Shown in pieces: positions 13,728-27,195 of a DNA stretch of 64,000 bases. The notes below the pieces were generated by a model. It had not been told where the DNA came from. It made no database searches and saw only the letters and a list, made by a program, of their open reading frames with translations. The position numbers and the translations under genes were made by a program. The stretch covers positions 12,276,001 to 12,340,000 of the forward strand of contig OX597834.1 in assembly GCA_951406725.2 (NCBI GenBank). Direction: 5' to 3'. How positions within the stretch are numbered: position 1 is the stretch's first letter; each line of letters starts with the position of its first letter. This stretch comes from Octopus vulgaris (taxonomy: Eukaryota).

Positions 13728-14077
13728 TTACTCTTTTATTTATTTCAGTCATTTCAGACTGTGGCCATTCTGGAGCACCGCCTTATTCTTTGTAAGTCTA
13801 GTACTTTCTTCTGCCGAACCGCTAAGTTACGGGAACCTAAACACACCAGCATCGGTTGTCAAGCGATGTTGGGGGGAAAAACAGACACACAAACACCTGC
13901 ATATATATATACGACGAACTTCTTTCAGTTTCCGTCTACTAAATCCACTCACAAGGCTTTGGTCGGCCCGAGGCTATAGTAGAAGACACTTGCCCAAGGT
14001 GCCACGCAGTGGGACTGAACCCGGAACCATGTGGTTCGTAAGCAAGCTACTTACCACACAACCACTCCTACGCCGAT
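13728..14077 (-). mobile_element. SINE family A (tRNA head, CORE-like CCTTGGGCAAGTGTCTT, internal microsatellite, GTAAAAGA-type tail)
   Basis: Matches the other family A copies; A box and B box GGTTCAGTCCC. Confidence 0.9.
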
Positions 14078-14149
14078 ATAAATCCTTGTTAAATAAAATT
14101 ACTTACCTTTGAAGAGGTCCTCGGTCGTTGGAATACAATCATTGTACTG

Positions 14150-14290
14150 TACTACCTTGAAGATTTGGGTACGAGACGTGTGTCTTCTAAGTTTGAGCCG
14201 AAATTGCTTTCAGCTGACTAAAAGACGCTCGGGTTTCAGTTGCACAAGATCTATTTGATTGTATCGAGAACGATGAAAACTTTCTGGTAA
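14150..14290 (+). mobile_element. Mariner transposase fragment
   Basis: LEDLGTRRVSSKFEPKLLSAD*, then KDARVSVAQDLFDCIENDENFL: the mariner WVPxxL linker region. Confidence 0.75.
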
Positions 14291-14537
14291 TTTGCTGAAG
14301 CTTCTGAGCAGGTATTGCCAAACTTTCGGCAAAATTTATGGCCAAATTTTTTGCTCAATTTTCTTTGTCAATATCAATGGGACAATCGCACAGTACACAC
14401 CTTCCTTCCAAGCATTGCTGTAAATAGCAAAAGTGAGCTAGAACGTTCAACCTTAGTGCGCATGCATAGCAGAGTTTAAGGTTAATCTGTGCCAAGCAGC
14501 TTCACTCTGTATGCTTTAGGTTCGTTAGTATTCTATG

Positions 14538-14916
14538 TCTTTTACTTGTTTCAATCATGTGACTGTGGTCATGCTGGAGCACCGCCTTTAGTCGAGCAAA
14601 TCTACCCCGGGACTTATTCTTTGGAAGCCTAGTACGTATTCTATCGGGTTTTCTTTTGCCGAACCGCTAATTACGGCGACTTAAACACACCAGCATCGGT
14701 TGTCAAGCGAGGTTGTGGGTACAAACACTAATACACAAACACACACAAACATACATACATACATAGATACATATATACGACGGGCTTCTTTCAGTTTCCG
14801 TCTACCAAATCCACTGAGGCTATAGTAGAAGACATTTGCCCAAGATGCCACGCAGTGGGACTGAACCCAGAACCATGTGATTGGTAAGCAAGCTACTTAC
14901 CACACATCCACTCCTA
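14538..14916 (-). mobile_element. SINE family A
   Basis: Near full-length match to family A. Confidence 0.9.
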
Positions 14917-15446
14917 GGTGTCATGGCAAGAGTCCGGATACCTATAGATCAGACCACTTATAATTGTGTGCGCGCGCGTTTGTGTATAATGCGCTTCCAT
15001 TGAGTTCCCGTCTGCCAAATTCTCTCATATGAGATTGCTCTGCCCGATGATCCGGTAGATGACATTTGCCAAAATTGCTTCGCATTGAAGCCGAAATCGA
15101 AACCATGGGAGCTTCTTAACCACATACCCATACATAGTTTTCCAAAATATAACAGTGAAAGAACATGACATCGTTGTAAAATCATTGGACTATACCATCC
15201 TCATAATGTCATTTATTTAAATATGCTCCTAAATCTAACCACAACACATCAAGGCTGTCTTTCTACCACTTAAGATTATCTGTCCCTTACTAAATCCCAA
15301 ATCTCATCACTTCTTATACCAGCTGCCTGTCTGTATTCATAAAAGGGAAGTAAATCCTATTTACATCACCTGTTTCTCTAAGAATCTCTCGGCAATTTTG
15401 AATTAAAAGTAGCACATTACCTGCCTTAGATTTTTAGTCCAACCAT

Positions 15447-15865
15447 TTCTGTTTCTTTATTGCCCACAAGGGGCTAAACACAGGGGGGACAGACAAGGAC
15501 AGACAAACGGATTAAGTCGATTTCATCGACCCCAGTGCGTAACTGGTACTTAATTTATCGACCCCGAAAGGATGAAAGGCAAAGTCGACCTCGGCGGAAT
15601 TTGAACTCAGAATGCAACGACAGACTCAATACCTATTTCTTTATTACCCACAAGGGGCTAAACACAGAGGAGAACAAACAAGGACAGACATAGGTATTAA
15701 GTCGATTACATCGACCCCAGTGCGTAACTGGTACTTAATTTATCGACCCCGAAAGGATGAAAGGCAAAGTCGACCTCGGCGGAATTTGAACTCACAACGT
15801 AACGACAGACGAAATACGGCTACGCATTTCGCCCGGCGTGCTAACGTTTCTGCCAGCTCGCCGCC
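15447..15865 (-). mobile_element. SINE family B dimer with 13-bp TSD
   Basis: TTAGTCCAACCAT at 15434-15446 and 15866-15878 flanks both units. Confidence 0.9.
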
Positions 15866-16929
15866 TTAGTCCAACCATATCGCTAAAGGAATGAAATAGA
15901 AAGTGCAGGAGAGACAAAGTATAGAAGAGACAAAGCGTAGTAGAGACAAAGAGAAAACGATAGAGAGAGAGAAAGAGAGAGAGAACGAGTGCTTTCTTTC
16001 TTGACAGATGAGAGAATCATCTGTGAAAGATAAAAACTATAGATATAAAGATTAAAAATCTGCTTGCTGACGAGTTATGCTTGTCTCAATTTTTCCAGCT
16101 GGTTCACGCGAACAAAAAGCCATTTGTAACAAAACTAAAAACAACAGGAATCTAACATCATTAAGGAAATTTCTAGATTTCCAAAATAAAGCTGAGATGT
16201 GGATATTCCAGATGCTAGAGACAACAGTCAAATAACGGCCGTATAACGTTATTGCTTTTAAAGATTCGGTAAGAAATGTTTGATAGTGAAATGCCAAAAA
16301 CAATTTGTCTGAGAATAAAAAAAAAATCATGGCGATGGTACAACTTAGTATGACTTTGATTATTGGCCTTCTACACAAAAGCTGACCTTTGGCCAAACTT
16401 CAAATACTAGCAACAACAACAACGGAAACATAAAAAAAAAACAGCAGCAGCAGCGCGGTTCATTAATCATCACGTCTCGTAGTATCAAGTTGTAACAGGA
16501 ATGGTAAAAGAAACCCAAAAGCTGTAAATTATCAATCTTCTATTTCTTTGTTTCTTTCCTTTCTTTTTTTTTTTTTAGTTATTGTCTGAATTTCGGCGAA
16601 AAGGCATTATCATTATTCTTCACAGATATATTTGATAATGTGATATATTTGGAAGGAACAGCAGTCGAAAGGTTTTAATTATAACTACTAAAAGAGAAGG
16701 TCAATAACCTGATCCGAAAATATTGAAGGATTTCTCATAACTTTCATTACTGGTTACTAATTTGCGGCCATGCAGGGGCACAACCTTCAAGGGTTCAGCC
16801 GAAAAAATCACTTCTGTGCATATTATTTTAAAGTCTGGTATCCTGACGGTATTATTTCGCAAACACTTAGAATGCAGGGAAGAAAGCACTGCCTTCGTCT
16901 TTTGTTTATTTTCATAAAGCTTCCCATCA

Positions 16930-16935
16930 TATATA

Positions 16936-16975
<40 letters not shown>

Positions 16976-17602
16976 GAGAGAGAGAGAGAGAGAAATGGAT
17001 AGATAGATAGATAGATAGATGCATACATAAGTACATGCTTGCATGCATGCATACATACATACGTATATATGCTTGCATGCATGCATGCATACATACATAC
17101 GTATATATGCATGCATGCATGCATACATACGTATATACATGCATGCATGCATACATACATACGTATATATGCATGCATGCATGCATACGTATATATGCAT
17201 GCATGCATGCATACGTATATATGCATGCATACATACATACGTATGTATGCATGCATACATACATACGTATATATGCATGCATACATACATACGTATATAT
17301 GCATGCATACATACATATATATGCATGCATACATACATACATACGTATATATGCATACATACATACATACATATATGTATATATGCATGCATACATATGT
17401 ATATATGCATGCATACATACATACATATGTATATATGCATGCATACATACATACATATGTATATATGCATGCATACATACATACATACATACATACATAT
17501 GTATATATGCATGCATACGGACAAGTATATATGCATGCATACAGACATGTATATATGCATGCATACATACATATGTATATATATGTATATATATATATAT
17601 CT
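16930..17602. repeat. Compound (TA)n/(GA)n/(ATGC)(ATAC) microsatellite
   Basis: Directly visible. Confidence 0.95.
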
Positions 17603-17603
17603 A

Positions 17604-17856
17604 TGTGGAGGCACGTGGCTTAGTGGTTAGGGTGTCAGCATCATCGCAGTAAGATTGTGGTTTCGAATCCTGAACCGGGCGACGCGTTGTGTTTTTGAGC
17701 AAAACACTTCATTTCACGTTGCTCCAGTCCATTTAGCTGGCAAAAATGAGTAACGCTGCGATGGACTGGCGTCCCGTCCAGCTAGGGAACACATACGCCA
17801 TAGAAACCGGGACCATGAACCTGGCTAGACTTTAAAAAGGGCGCATTTATTATTTT
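17604..17856 (+). mobile_element. SINE family D: tRNA head, CORE-like block and V-domain-like block
   Basis: A box TGGCTTAGTGG, B box GTTTCGAATCC, TTGAGCAAAACACTT (CORE-like), CTGCGATGGACTGGCGTCCCGTCCAG (resembles the V-SINE motif GATGGACTGG...TCCAGG). Confidence 0.75.
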
Positions 17857-18645
17857 TTAAATATATATCTATATGTACATGTATATCTACATACGTACAC
17901 ATACGTGAGTGTGTGTGTGTGTGTATATACACTTACAAATACTCTATAAATACCAGCATTTTGCTTGGCGATCACCGTCTGCTGCCGAGAATTTGCGGAT
18001 TCAGTGCTTGTAAATATTAAGGAAAAAACGCTATAACGTCAACTTCCAATAATAACAACAAAAATGGATAGAACTTATGAAAGCATTCTTTATCGAATGT
18101 AAACAAATAAAAAAAAAGTACTTAATAAACTTCGGCACCATTTGAACGCCAAACGTATATGTGATGCAAATGTACGAAACACGATAGGCGCTAAGAATAT
18201 TTTACTTCGCAGAGTTAACAATAATTCTGAATCTCCTATTTTGTCAAAAAGCAAAGCAATTAGTCAATTTACATACTCCACCTCTACACATAGTCTGACA
18301 ATACACCAAACAGAAACACATACACACTAATAGACAAGCAGATACACATACGCAGTCACGTATCTTCATTTATATATACGTATATACACACACATATATA
18401 CATACATGTGTGTGTGTTGTTTTTATAGCATCTGAAGTGTGACATCTGCACAATTCAAATCCGTCACACCATCGTTGTGTTGAAGTGCAATATTATATTT
18501 ATATTTTATTATATTTTATAACTACTTATTTTCCTTCACGTGTCATGGCGTTTCCTTGCCACGAAATATAAATTTTCTCATTAGCTTTATATCTTCCGAA
18601 GTATATTCATGTGTATATGTAGAGACACGCACATATACACATCCA

Positions 18646-18676
<31 letters not shown>

Positions 18677-18792
18677 TCATATATATATATGTATATATAA
18701 TTCAAACAAGAAAGCACAAAAAACAACAACAACGCGAGGACGTGGAACAAATATAGTGTTATTGGACGCTCAGGAAAGAAGGATAGAAGGAA

Positions 18793-18830
18793 GGTTTAAC
18801 GTTTCGAGCGGAGCTCTTCGTCGGAAACAT
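18793..18830 (-). ncRNA. Minimal type I hammerhead ribozyme motif, variant core
   Basis: GUUU-CCGACGA-A-GAGC(UCC)GCUC-GAAA-CG-UU/AAAC; U4 is C. Confidence 0.6.
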
Positions 18831-19005
18831 AGAAGGACAGATCAAGAGAAGGGAAGACAGAGGGAAAAAAATCGCCAACGTTACACACGAGTTCACATTT
18901 TCAAAAATATATATATATGTATGTACAGAACCGCCATGTTGAATCGCTAGCTTCTGCACGCATTTTTTTCTCTCCTTGTTTCTCTCCGTGTTTCTTTTCT
19001 GTGTA

Positions 19006-19043
19006 TCTTTCTGTTGAAGAGCGTAGGCTCGAAACGTAAAAGA
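19006..19043 (+). ncRNA. Minimal type I hammerhead ribozyme motif, variant core
   Basis: UCUUU-CUGUUGA-A-GAGC(GUAG)GCUC-GAAA-CG-UA/AAAGA: stem I 5 bp, stem II 4 bp, palindromic minimal stem III; A6 is U. Confidence 0.6.
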
Positions 19044-19249
19044 CTTGTTTTATTTGTATTCTTGAGCTCCATACTAATACAATTGTTTGTTTGTACTCCG
19101 CCTGCCTTCGTCTTTTGTTTATTTTCATAAAGCTTCCCGTTATATATGTGTGTCCCTGTTTTGAATTACCTTTCCCTAGATCTGTATATCAATTAATATT
19201 TATGTTTATGACACATCTAACTACCTGTCTGTCAGTCTGTTTCTCTTTA

Positions 19250-19282
<33 letters not shown>

Positions 19283-22200
19283 TAATGTCATTATATTATG
19301 TTCTGATTCCAAATGTTAATTGAAATAGTTAATTATTTTTGCTTAAACGCTGAATACGCGTTTGTGTCTTTTCTCTTCAACTTCAAGTCGATTCGTGTAA
19401 AAATTTGTTGAAAAAATTGTCGCTAACGCAGGTAAAATGTCGACCTTTTCAGACATAATTAATCAAGCCTCATGCCTATTACGAACAAAAACACACGTTA
19501 GACAATCCTTTAATCAACACATCAATTCTAACATCTCAAAACACTACACATACAGACATGCACACGCACCCACAAACACACATACATGCAAATGCACCCA
19601 CACACACAAACATACACATATACATACACATGCTTGTAGTTAATGCAACTGAGATTCTGTTAATTAAAAATTGAAGCAGTCAACGGTAAGGAAGGAAGGA
19701 TGGAATAATCTGATATTTGACAGACACGGTGACAACTCTGGTTATCTTTCGATCAGAAATTAAAAATAGAGGCCGCGTATTTATAGGTAAAATCGATGGA
19801 ATAAACAAACACGGTAATGCTGATACGAGGTGGATGAGAGGTAATGCTAATCATGCCGAGATATGAGGAATGACACAAAATAGGACAGGTATTTATAGCG
19901 TTGATCGATGGTGCGAACAGACATCATAATACTGGATGGGTAAGAAGCTAAATTGATAACAGTGTGATGTCACAGAAAATTACAAGTAACATTTCCCGTA
20001 CTCTTTCGTCATGCTGATCACCGATACTGAAATTGTGTGTTATTTGGGGTGAGGTATGGCCACACGACCGACCAAACATAGACGCCATATTTTTCATCAA
20101 AAACTAATTTTACTCTTTACGGAGATGTACTTGCATAGCGAGTCACTTGATCTGAGATCGTGTACTGGAACGAAAACAGTTGCAGCGAGGAAGGTGTTTA
20201 TAAGCCATTTAAGAAACACACAAAACCGTTAGATTCACTTCAACATTAAAATTTTGCCAACTTATCGCCGCAACCAGTGCACACATACAGATAGGCATAA
20301 ACACACACACACACACACATACATACAGATACATGCAGAGCTGCACACTGTGTTTTAGCTGCATTTAATGCATAAATTAACATACATTATCAGTAACCAT
20401 GTTAAGAAGCAAGCCTAGCGCTGTATAGTTAAAAAACAATTATTAATCAAAGCTTTACAAATCGTATGTAAATATTTGAACTTTTTGAAAAGTGCATTAT
20501 TCATATTTACTTTTTATTATACCACGTACTATTAATTAAACCATCATTTCTTGTATTTTTCGATATCTGTAGCATTAAAGAGAGATTACGGTTATAAATC
20601 TGTTACATATGTTTGACCGATATCTTTACATTTCTTGGAAAAGTGCGTTAGTACGTTCTTTGTCTGATCTTCAGTACGCCAAGAAAGCAAAAAGCTTAAG
20701 AAATGGGGTTCTGTTTCACTGTCCTATCTGCTGCTTTTAAATACAATAGTTCAGATTGTATTCTGTACGAATAAAATGCGAAATAGTTATTGTAGGAATG
20801 CAGTACTACGTAGATATACTGAATATTTGCTGAAATAGAGCTAAAAAGAAAATATAATGCGATCGTAACATCAACAGTTTATAAATTTTAGCTTCATGGA
20901 ATATCGGATTAAAATTCATTCAAGGCTAGTATTTTAGGGATCGTCGATTAGAATGGCCTCAGTTTTCAGCTGGTTCTTATTACACTGGCCCCGAAGGAAT
21001 AAAAATACGGACGAAATGCCGCTAAGAGTTTTCCCTTTGTGCTGACGATTCTACCAGGCGGCTGCCTTTGAAGTTTCTATGTGAACTAGTTCCAAATATT
21101 GGCAGAAGGTCGGTAATTTCTTGGGGAAAGGAGTTGAGTTGATTCATCCAAAAGGATAAAAGCAAAACCAACCACTGCAGAATATGAACTCAGAACGTAA
21201 AGACAGAAGAAATGCCCCGGAGCATTTTGCCCGGCATGCTAACGATTCTGTCTGTTCGCAGTTCACTTACAAGCTTCTATGAATATTAATAGTAAATTCA
21301 ATAAGCTTCTATGATTCCTCAAATCAATACACACGCAAGATGACGATGATCAAATTTCCATCGGTGTTTCATTGATCCTGGAAGCACAGCTGTAGATCAC
21401 ACAGAACATGAAGTGTGTTGTCGCAGAGTTTTTGCTGGTATGACTCTCATCAGCAAAATTACAGTTTCCGTTTATACGGTAAAGGCTACGTGAAAATATG
21501 TCACTTAATAGTAGCAACATTTTCGTAAGAAATGTGCACAGTCGGGGTTAAACTGAGTCTAAAAGACGACCAACAAAATGTTTTTAAGAAAACAATGAAG
21601 CATTGTGACGTATATTTGCCATTTAAATATGGCTAACCCCTAAGGGTGGATGGTACTGTAGTTTGCAGTCCCAGCAGGACACATCCTCCAGCTGGCTATA
21701 GACACACTTTCTGTGTCCTTCCCGTCTCCAACTTATGATACACACGGACTCGAGTTTCTGGGTATTGACCCGTTATCGGCGTGTGACAATCACAGTTGTC
21801 GATGAGAAGTAGGTTCCCTTCACAAATACTTATCCTTTTTCCAGTATTGATAGACACTGATATCGAAAAAGTGTAAACAAGCAATAAAATGAAGCATTAT
21901 TACATTGAATGTGATAGAAACAAATCAGCAATAAGATCGTCGAAACGATGATTTCAGGAAGAATGTAGCAGATTTAATAACAACAACAAAAACGACAACA
22001 GTAACAACTCTAACCAAAATAATGATTTCTACTTTAGGTGCAAAGCCTGAAATTTTGGGAGAGGGGACTAGTCGATTACATCCACGCCAGTTTTTCACTG
22101 GTAATTAATTTATCAACCCCGAAAGGATAAGAGGTTAAGTCGACCTCAGGGGAATTTGAACTCCGAACGTTGCGACTGGCGCATTGCAACCAAAATAATA

Positions 22201-23741
22201 GCAGTAATTATAACCTCTCCCTAATTTTGGAACAAGACCAACATCTTTTGAGAAGAAAGGTTAAGTCGATAACATTGATAGCAGTGCCCAACTGGAATCT
22301 AATTTATAGACCCAGAGGGGGGGAAATGGGAAGCGAAAAACAGCAAGAAATACCATAAGATATTCTCTCAGCTATGTTCTTCACGAAAAGATAGAACGCA
22401 AAGGCGAGATTGAAACGACATAAGCTCTGAAAATATAAAAATGTATTTGAAAATCGTAGTCCATTTTACCACGGCTCAGCAGATTCTAATCTGCAGCCAA
22501 TTGATTCGATGCAGATATTCATAGAAAACGTAGAATTTTCTGGTTATCCCGAAAGGTTAGAGAAATTGCCAGCGAGACTGTACATATGCTATTTTCAGGA
22601 AAAAATCATAAGAAAATCCTATGTACATTTACAACTACTTTTGAACAAATGTGAGTGTGTGTGTGTAAACCAACAAAGGAAGAAACTTAAAATCGTAAGA
22701 CAGACTTTCTCAGCAGAATTTGAACTCGAAATGCAAAGGCCGAAATATGGCTGTCGATTTACTATTCCGGTTAACTGATGACATTGTCAAAGTAACGATT
22801 TAATCATTTTTTTTAAGCGGCGCCAAGTACTATCATTTTTAATAGCGTGTTAGTCGTTTAAATCGATAACTGTTATTAAATGAGATTTTAATTGTCGACC
22901 CCTGACGGAGGAAAGGCAACGATAACTTCAATGAGGCTGGATGAAAGTGTGTCAACAGCCAATAAAATCACAAAATACTACATGCCACGTTTAAGTGAAT
23001 CCCCCAGTTCACCTAATAAAATGGAGAGAAGATTTCTAGGTAGTATGAGTTGTGAACTGAAACATATAACAAGCTACAAGTGTGTGTGTGTGTGATTCAG
23101 TGTGTGTGTGTGTGAGATAGAGAGAGACTGTGTGCGTTTGTATGTGTTTGTTGTGTGTATGTTAGTTAATGTGTGGGCAATAAGCAAAAGACAGAAAACA
23201 GAGAAGGGGAAAATTTTAACATATGTTTCATTAAATTAGCGCTAAAAGAGAAGGGAAATTAAAAATAAGAAATAAGTTGGAAATTTTACCGATGAGTGTG
23301 TTACATTATAAGGCACAAAAAGAAAATGACTCTCCCCAGACACAAAAGGATATGCTTCAACACACGAACTTATATAAAGAAACTTGTAAACCAAATACAA
23401 AAACCAAATAAAAAAAGGGAAACATTTTGACTTAATGAATAGTAATACTTCGTCAGTAGTAAAATATAGAAGAAAGCAGCAATATGAGAAAAGGTCAATA
23501 GGAATAAATAGAAAAGTTTTAGGAGCAAGTTAGATGATATGCACTAAAACGCAAAGCGCTTGAAATCAAAGCAAAAATAGAGACATAGGTATAGAATGGT
23601 TCTCAGAAAAAAAAATTAAAATAAAATGTTGAAAGGTAATTATCAGGAGCTAAACATGAACAGAATAATACTGGAAATGATACTAGAAAGATATCGTTTA
23701 TCACATACACTGAGATATTCGATAATTCTTATTTTTAATGA

Positions 23742-24991
23742 CTAGCATTATGACCCGGCGTTGCTGGGTCATAGTGCTAGTTTGGTATAAATTTGTTAAA
23801 TAAAAAATTGGGGGTAATAAAACATACAATGACATATTAAAAAGACGAATTAAAATTCCAGAGAAAAATACAGAGAAGATAAATATACAAATTTACAAAA
23901 ATACATAAAAGTTCATCTAAGGACCGTTTCGGAGATGCACCAATTAATATAAAACATATATATTTAAAATTGACACTCCTCTCGTCAGGATGTTTTATAC
24001 ACACAACACATAGTACACGGAAATAAATGCACAATTACATACCTGCTACATACGAAAGACCAGAAATTACGTACTCCCAAAAAATTCTCATAGATACTGA
24101 ATGTAATTTATAAGCATATAATTCAATCTAGCAGCTATTGTAAATGGTATGCGCACAGCGCCATCTAGACTAATTCACTTCTGCACTCAAATTTTTCATC
24201 TTTTAGTTTCTCCCATTCATGCAAAGCCACATCTTCGAGTTCAAGTCCCTGATACATTTTATACTAATTGCTATTTTTTCTTTTAATTGTTATATTACGA
24301 TTTAATTACCATTTTAATAATATAAAATATATTTAATTACTACTTACTATACTTACTATATTTAATTCAATTGTTATTATTACCTCTAACTTTTATTGCA
24401 ATTTTATTTCTAAATTTCTTATGGAACGTCGAGTGGATCTTATGCGTACAATATATTTTATATGATGTTTATATATTTATATATTACTATATATTTCTAA
24501 ACGTCGGGCTTTATGTCTGTTCTGTAGATGTAAATGTATATATGTATGTGTTTGATCTTTCTGTGGATTTTGTAGTGATCTCGTAGTTACTGCTCGCATT
24601 GCCTCCCCTCGGATTAAAAAGTGTACACAGCTCATTTGAGCACTACTATTCCAGTCTGTTATATATTTTGAGCGTTGTTGTCACTAACGATCTCAAGATT
24701 TAACTTTATATTTTGTAATATATATAAATACATCCATATATATACAACAAAGAGATGTTTTTGTTTCACTTTTAACACGTAATACTGAAATAGTGGAGAA
24801 GATATGATATTGCTGTGGGCTCGGTCTAGGCAAGAAGTTAAACATTTTTTTATGCCCATGACACTACATTGACCCTAAGTAAGGCATGTATAAAATTTTA
24901 ATGAAATTCGTTGTGTAGTTCTCAAGTTTTAGGGAAACACACAGACAGACAGACGGACAGACACACATTCTCAGTTTTATATATGGAGAGA
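23742..24991 (-). mobile_element. Non-autonomous Helitron (~1.25 kb) containing a Penelope-type hammerhead segment
   Basis: 5' A|TCTCTCCATATATAAAACTGAGAATGTGTGTCTGTC.GTCTGTCTG (DINE/Lep1-like start); 3' hairpin and CTAG at 23742. That both ends belong to one element is inferred. Confidence 0.65.
23912..23994 (-). ncRNA. Hammerhead motif with long AU-rich stem II
   Basis: CAUC-CUGACGA-GA-GGAGUGUCAAUU...AAUUGGUGCAUCUCC-GAAA-CG-GUC/CUUAGAUG. Confidence 0.55.
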
Positions 24992-25270
24992 TATTTCTGT
25001 GCTTAATTACATGATCCAAAATAATAAGTACTTAAATTACTAACAATACACAAAATCACCAATGGAAGAAAAACCTCTAGCGACAAACAATTTACCGTAT
25101 ATATCTATTTACTGCCATCTATCTGTCTAAACATATATATATATATATATATATATATGTAGGACAGTAGGACAGTAGAATAGTATAGAAGCTAATATAC
25201 AAATGCATGCTCACTTCGACTTCGTTCACAGATTTAATAATATACATATATATATATATATATGTGTGTG

Positions 25271-25693
25271 TTACTCTTTTACTCTATAGTCTTTTACTTG
25301 TTTCAGTCATTTGACTGAGGCCATGCTGGAGCACCGCCTTTAGTCGAGCAAATCGTCCTCAGGATTTATTCTTTGTAAGCCTAGCACTTATTCTATCGGT
25401 CTCTTTTGGCCGAACCGCTTAGTTACGGGGACATGAACACATCAGCATCGGTTGTCAAGCGAAGATGGGAGGACAAACATAGACACACAAACACACATAC
25501 ACACATATATATATATATATATATACATATACATGACAGCCTTCTTTCAGTTTCCGTCTACCAAATCCACTCACAAGGCTTTGGTCGGCCCGGGGTTATA
25601 GTAGAAGACACTTGCCCAAAGTGCCACGCTGTGGGACTGAACCCGGAACCTTGTGGTTGGTAAGCAAGCTACTTACCACTCAGCCACTCCTGT
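25271..25693 (-). mobile_element. SINE family A
   Basis: Full-length match. Confidence 0.9.
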
Positions 25694-26109
25694 GTAATTA
25701 TTTGTATATATATATAATTCCATATGTGATTGAAGACTGCTCTACATTTTAAAACTGATGTAATACTTACGTTGTTTAATTAAATGAAGTAGCCTGAAAC
25801 GATTGTACTACTCTACCTTTGGATATCCTTGTTGCTTATTATATATATGTGTGAGTGTGTGTCGTATAAATGCCTAGTGTACGATCACAATTGTTGGAAA
25901 ACAAAGAAAATGTCCATACTTATAAAAAGACGCCGAGGAAACGAAATTGCATTCAGAAAAGAACAATACATTACATAAAATTGAAACACAATATGATGTA
26001 AGCAATGACCATTCATTGATCTTTTCAAGAGTAAGAATAGTACACACGCGCACACACATATACATGCATGTGTGATTTTGTATGCATTGTGCGTGTATCG
26101 CTCCCTCTC

Positions 26110-26151
<42 letters not shown>

Positions 26152-26175
26152 CATATGTATATACATATATATAAG

Positions 26176-26463
26176 CAACGGCGGATTGGCCCGCTGCCAG
26201 CTTGCCTGATGGCAAGTGGAGGCCTGCGCCATTAGAATCCATATATGGGGGTCCATCTTTGTACCTAAGTGCCCCAACCCGTCAACTTTGACAATTTTAT
26301 TTAACTCCTGGAAAAATGCATTAATTATTTGAACCTGGGTGCGTTTGTAGACAGATGAAAAGAATACATTTAACACAGATAAAAAGAAATGATAGCATTG
26401 TAGCTTGCTGGTGGGCCTCCTTAGTCTCCTGGCAACCAATATTTTAGACCCATTCCGCCACTG
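26176..26463. mobile_element. hAT-like MITE
   Basis: TIRs CAACGGCGGATTGG and CAGTGGCGGAATGG (reverse complement); 8-bp TSD TATATAAG (26168-26175) and CATATAAG (26464-26471). Confidence 0.75.
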
Positions 26464-26533
26464 CATATAAGTACATATATACGTATATTTATATTTGTAT
26501 CTATGTATATTCAACTGTGTGTGTATATGTATG

Positions 26534-26588
<55 letters not shown>

Positions 26589-26673
26589 ATGTATATATAT
26601 ATATATGTGTGTGTGTATGTGTGTATATATATATGTGTGTGTGTATGTATGTGTATGTATGTGTGTGTATGTA

Positions 26674-26717
<44 letters not shown>

Positions 26718-26991
26718 TACACACATATATGCAAGCATACATATATGTATGTATATGTAAGCGGTGAGAGGGGGGGAAACTGAATCAGAATGATGGGCTC
26801 TTTTTAAAGCCTATTTTCTGCTGATGAAACTGAAAACAGGCCGAAAATAGGGACTGAGTTTTTAATCAGTATTCCGTCGGAGGAAAATCGACTGAGTGCG
26901 ACTTTAAAATTGGACAGAATCCTTTCAAGTCACTGAGATTTCTCACAATAAGACAACCATTTTTAATCGTAAAATATAGAAAATCCCATAC

Positions 26992-27156
26992 ATAGGCACA
27001 GGAGTGGCTGTGTGGTAAGTAGCTTGCTTACCAACCACATGGTTCCGGGTTCAGTCTCACTGCGTGGCACCTTGGGCAAGTGTCTTCTACTCTAGCCTTG
27101 GGCCGACCAAAGCCTTGTGAGTGGATTTGGTAGACGGAAACTGAAAGAAGCCCGTC

Positions 27157-27195
<39 letters not shown>

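Larger units (their letters stand above)
18700..19145. mobile_element. Divergent pair of Penelope-type pLTR fragments, each with a minimal hammerhead
   Basis: Left copy on minus (motif 18793-18830), right copy on plus (motif 19006-19043); shared GAGC-loop-GCTC GAAACGT core. Confidence 0.7.

Noticed and set aside
16052-16396. 114-aa ORF with a good acceptor near 16309 as iGluR exon 2
   Set aside because: The translation has no G-x-L/I-F start or amino-terminal-domain similarity, and there is no convincing donor.
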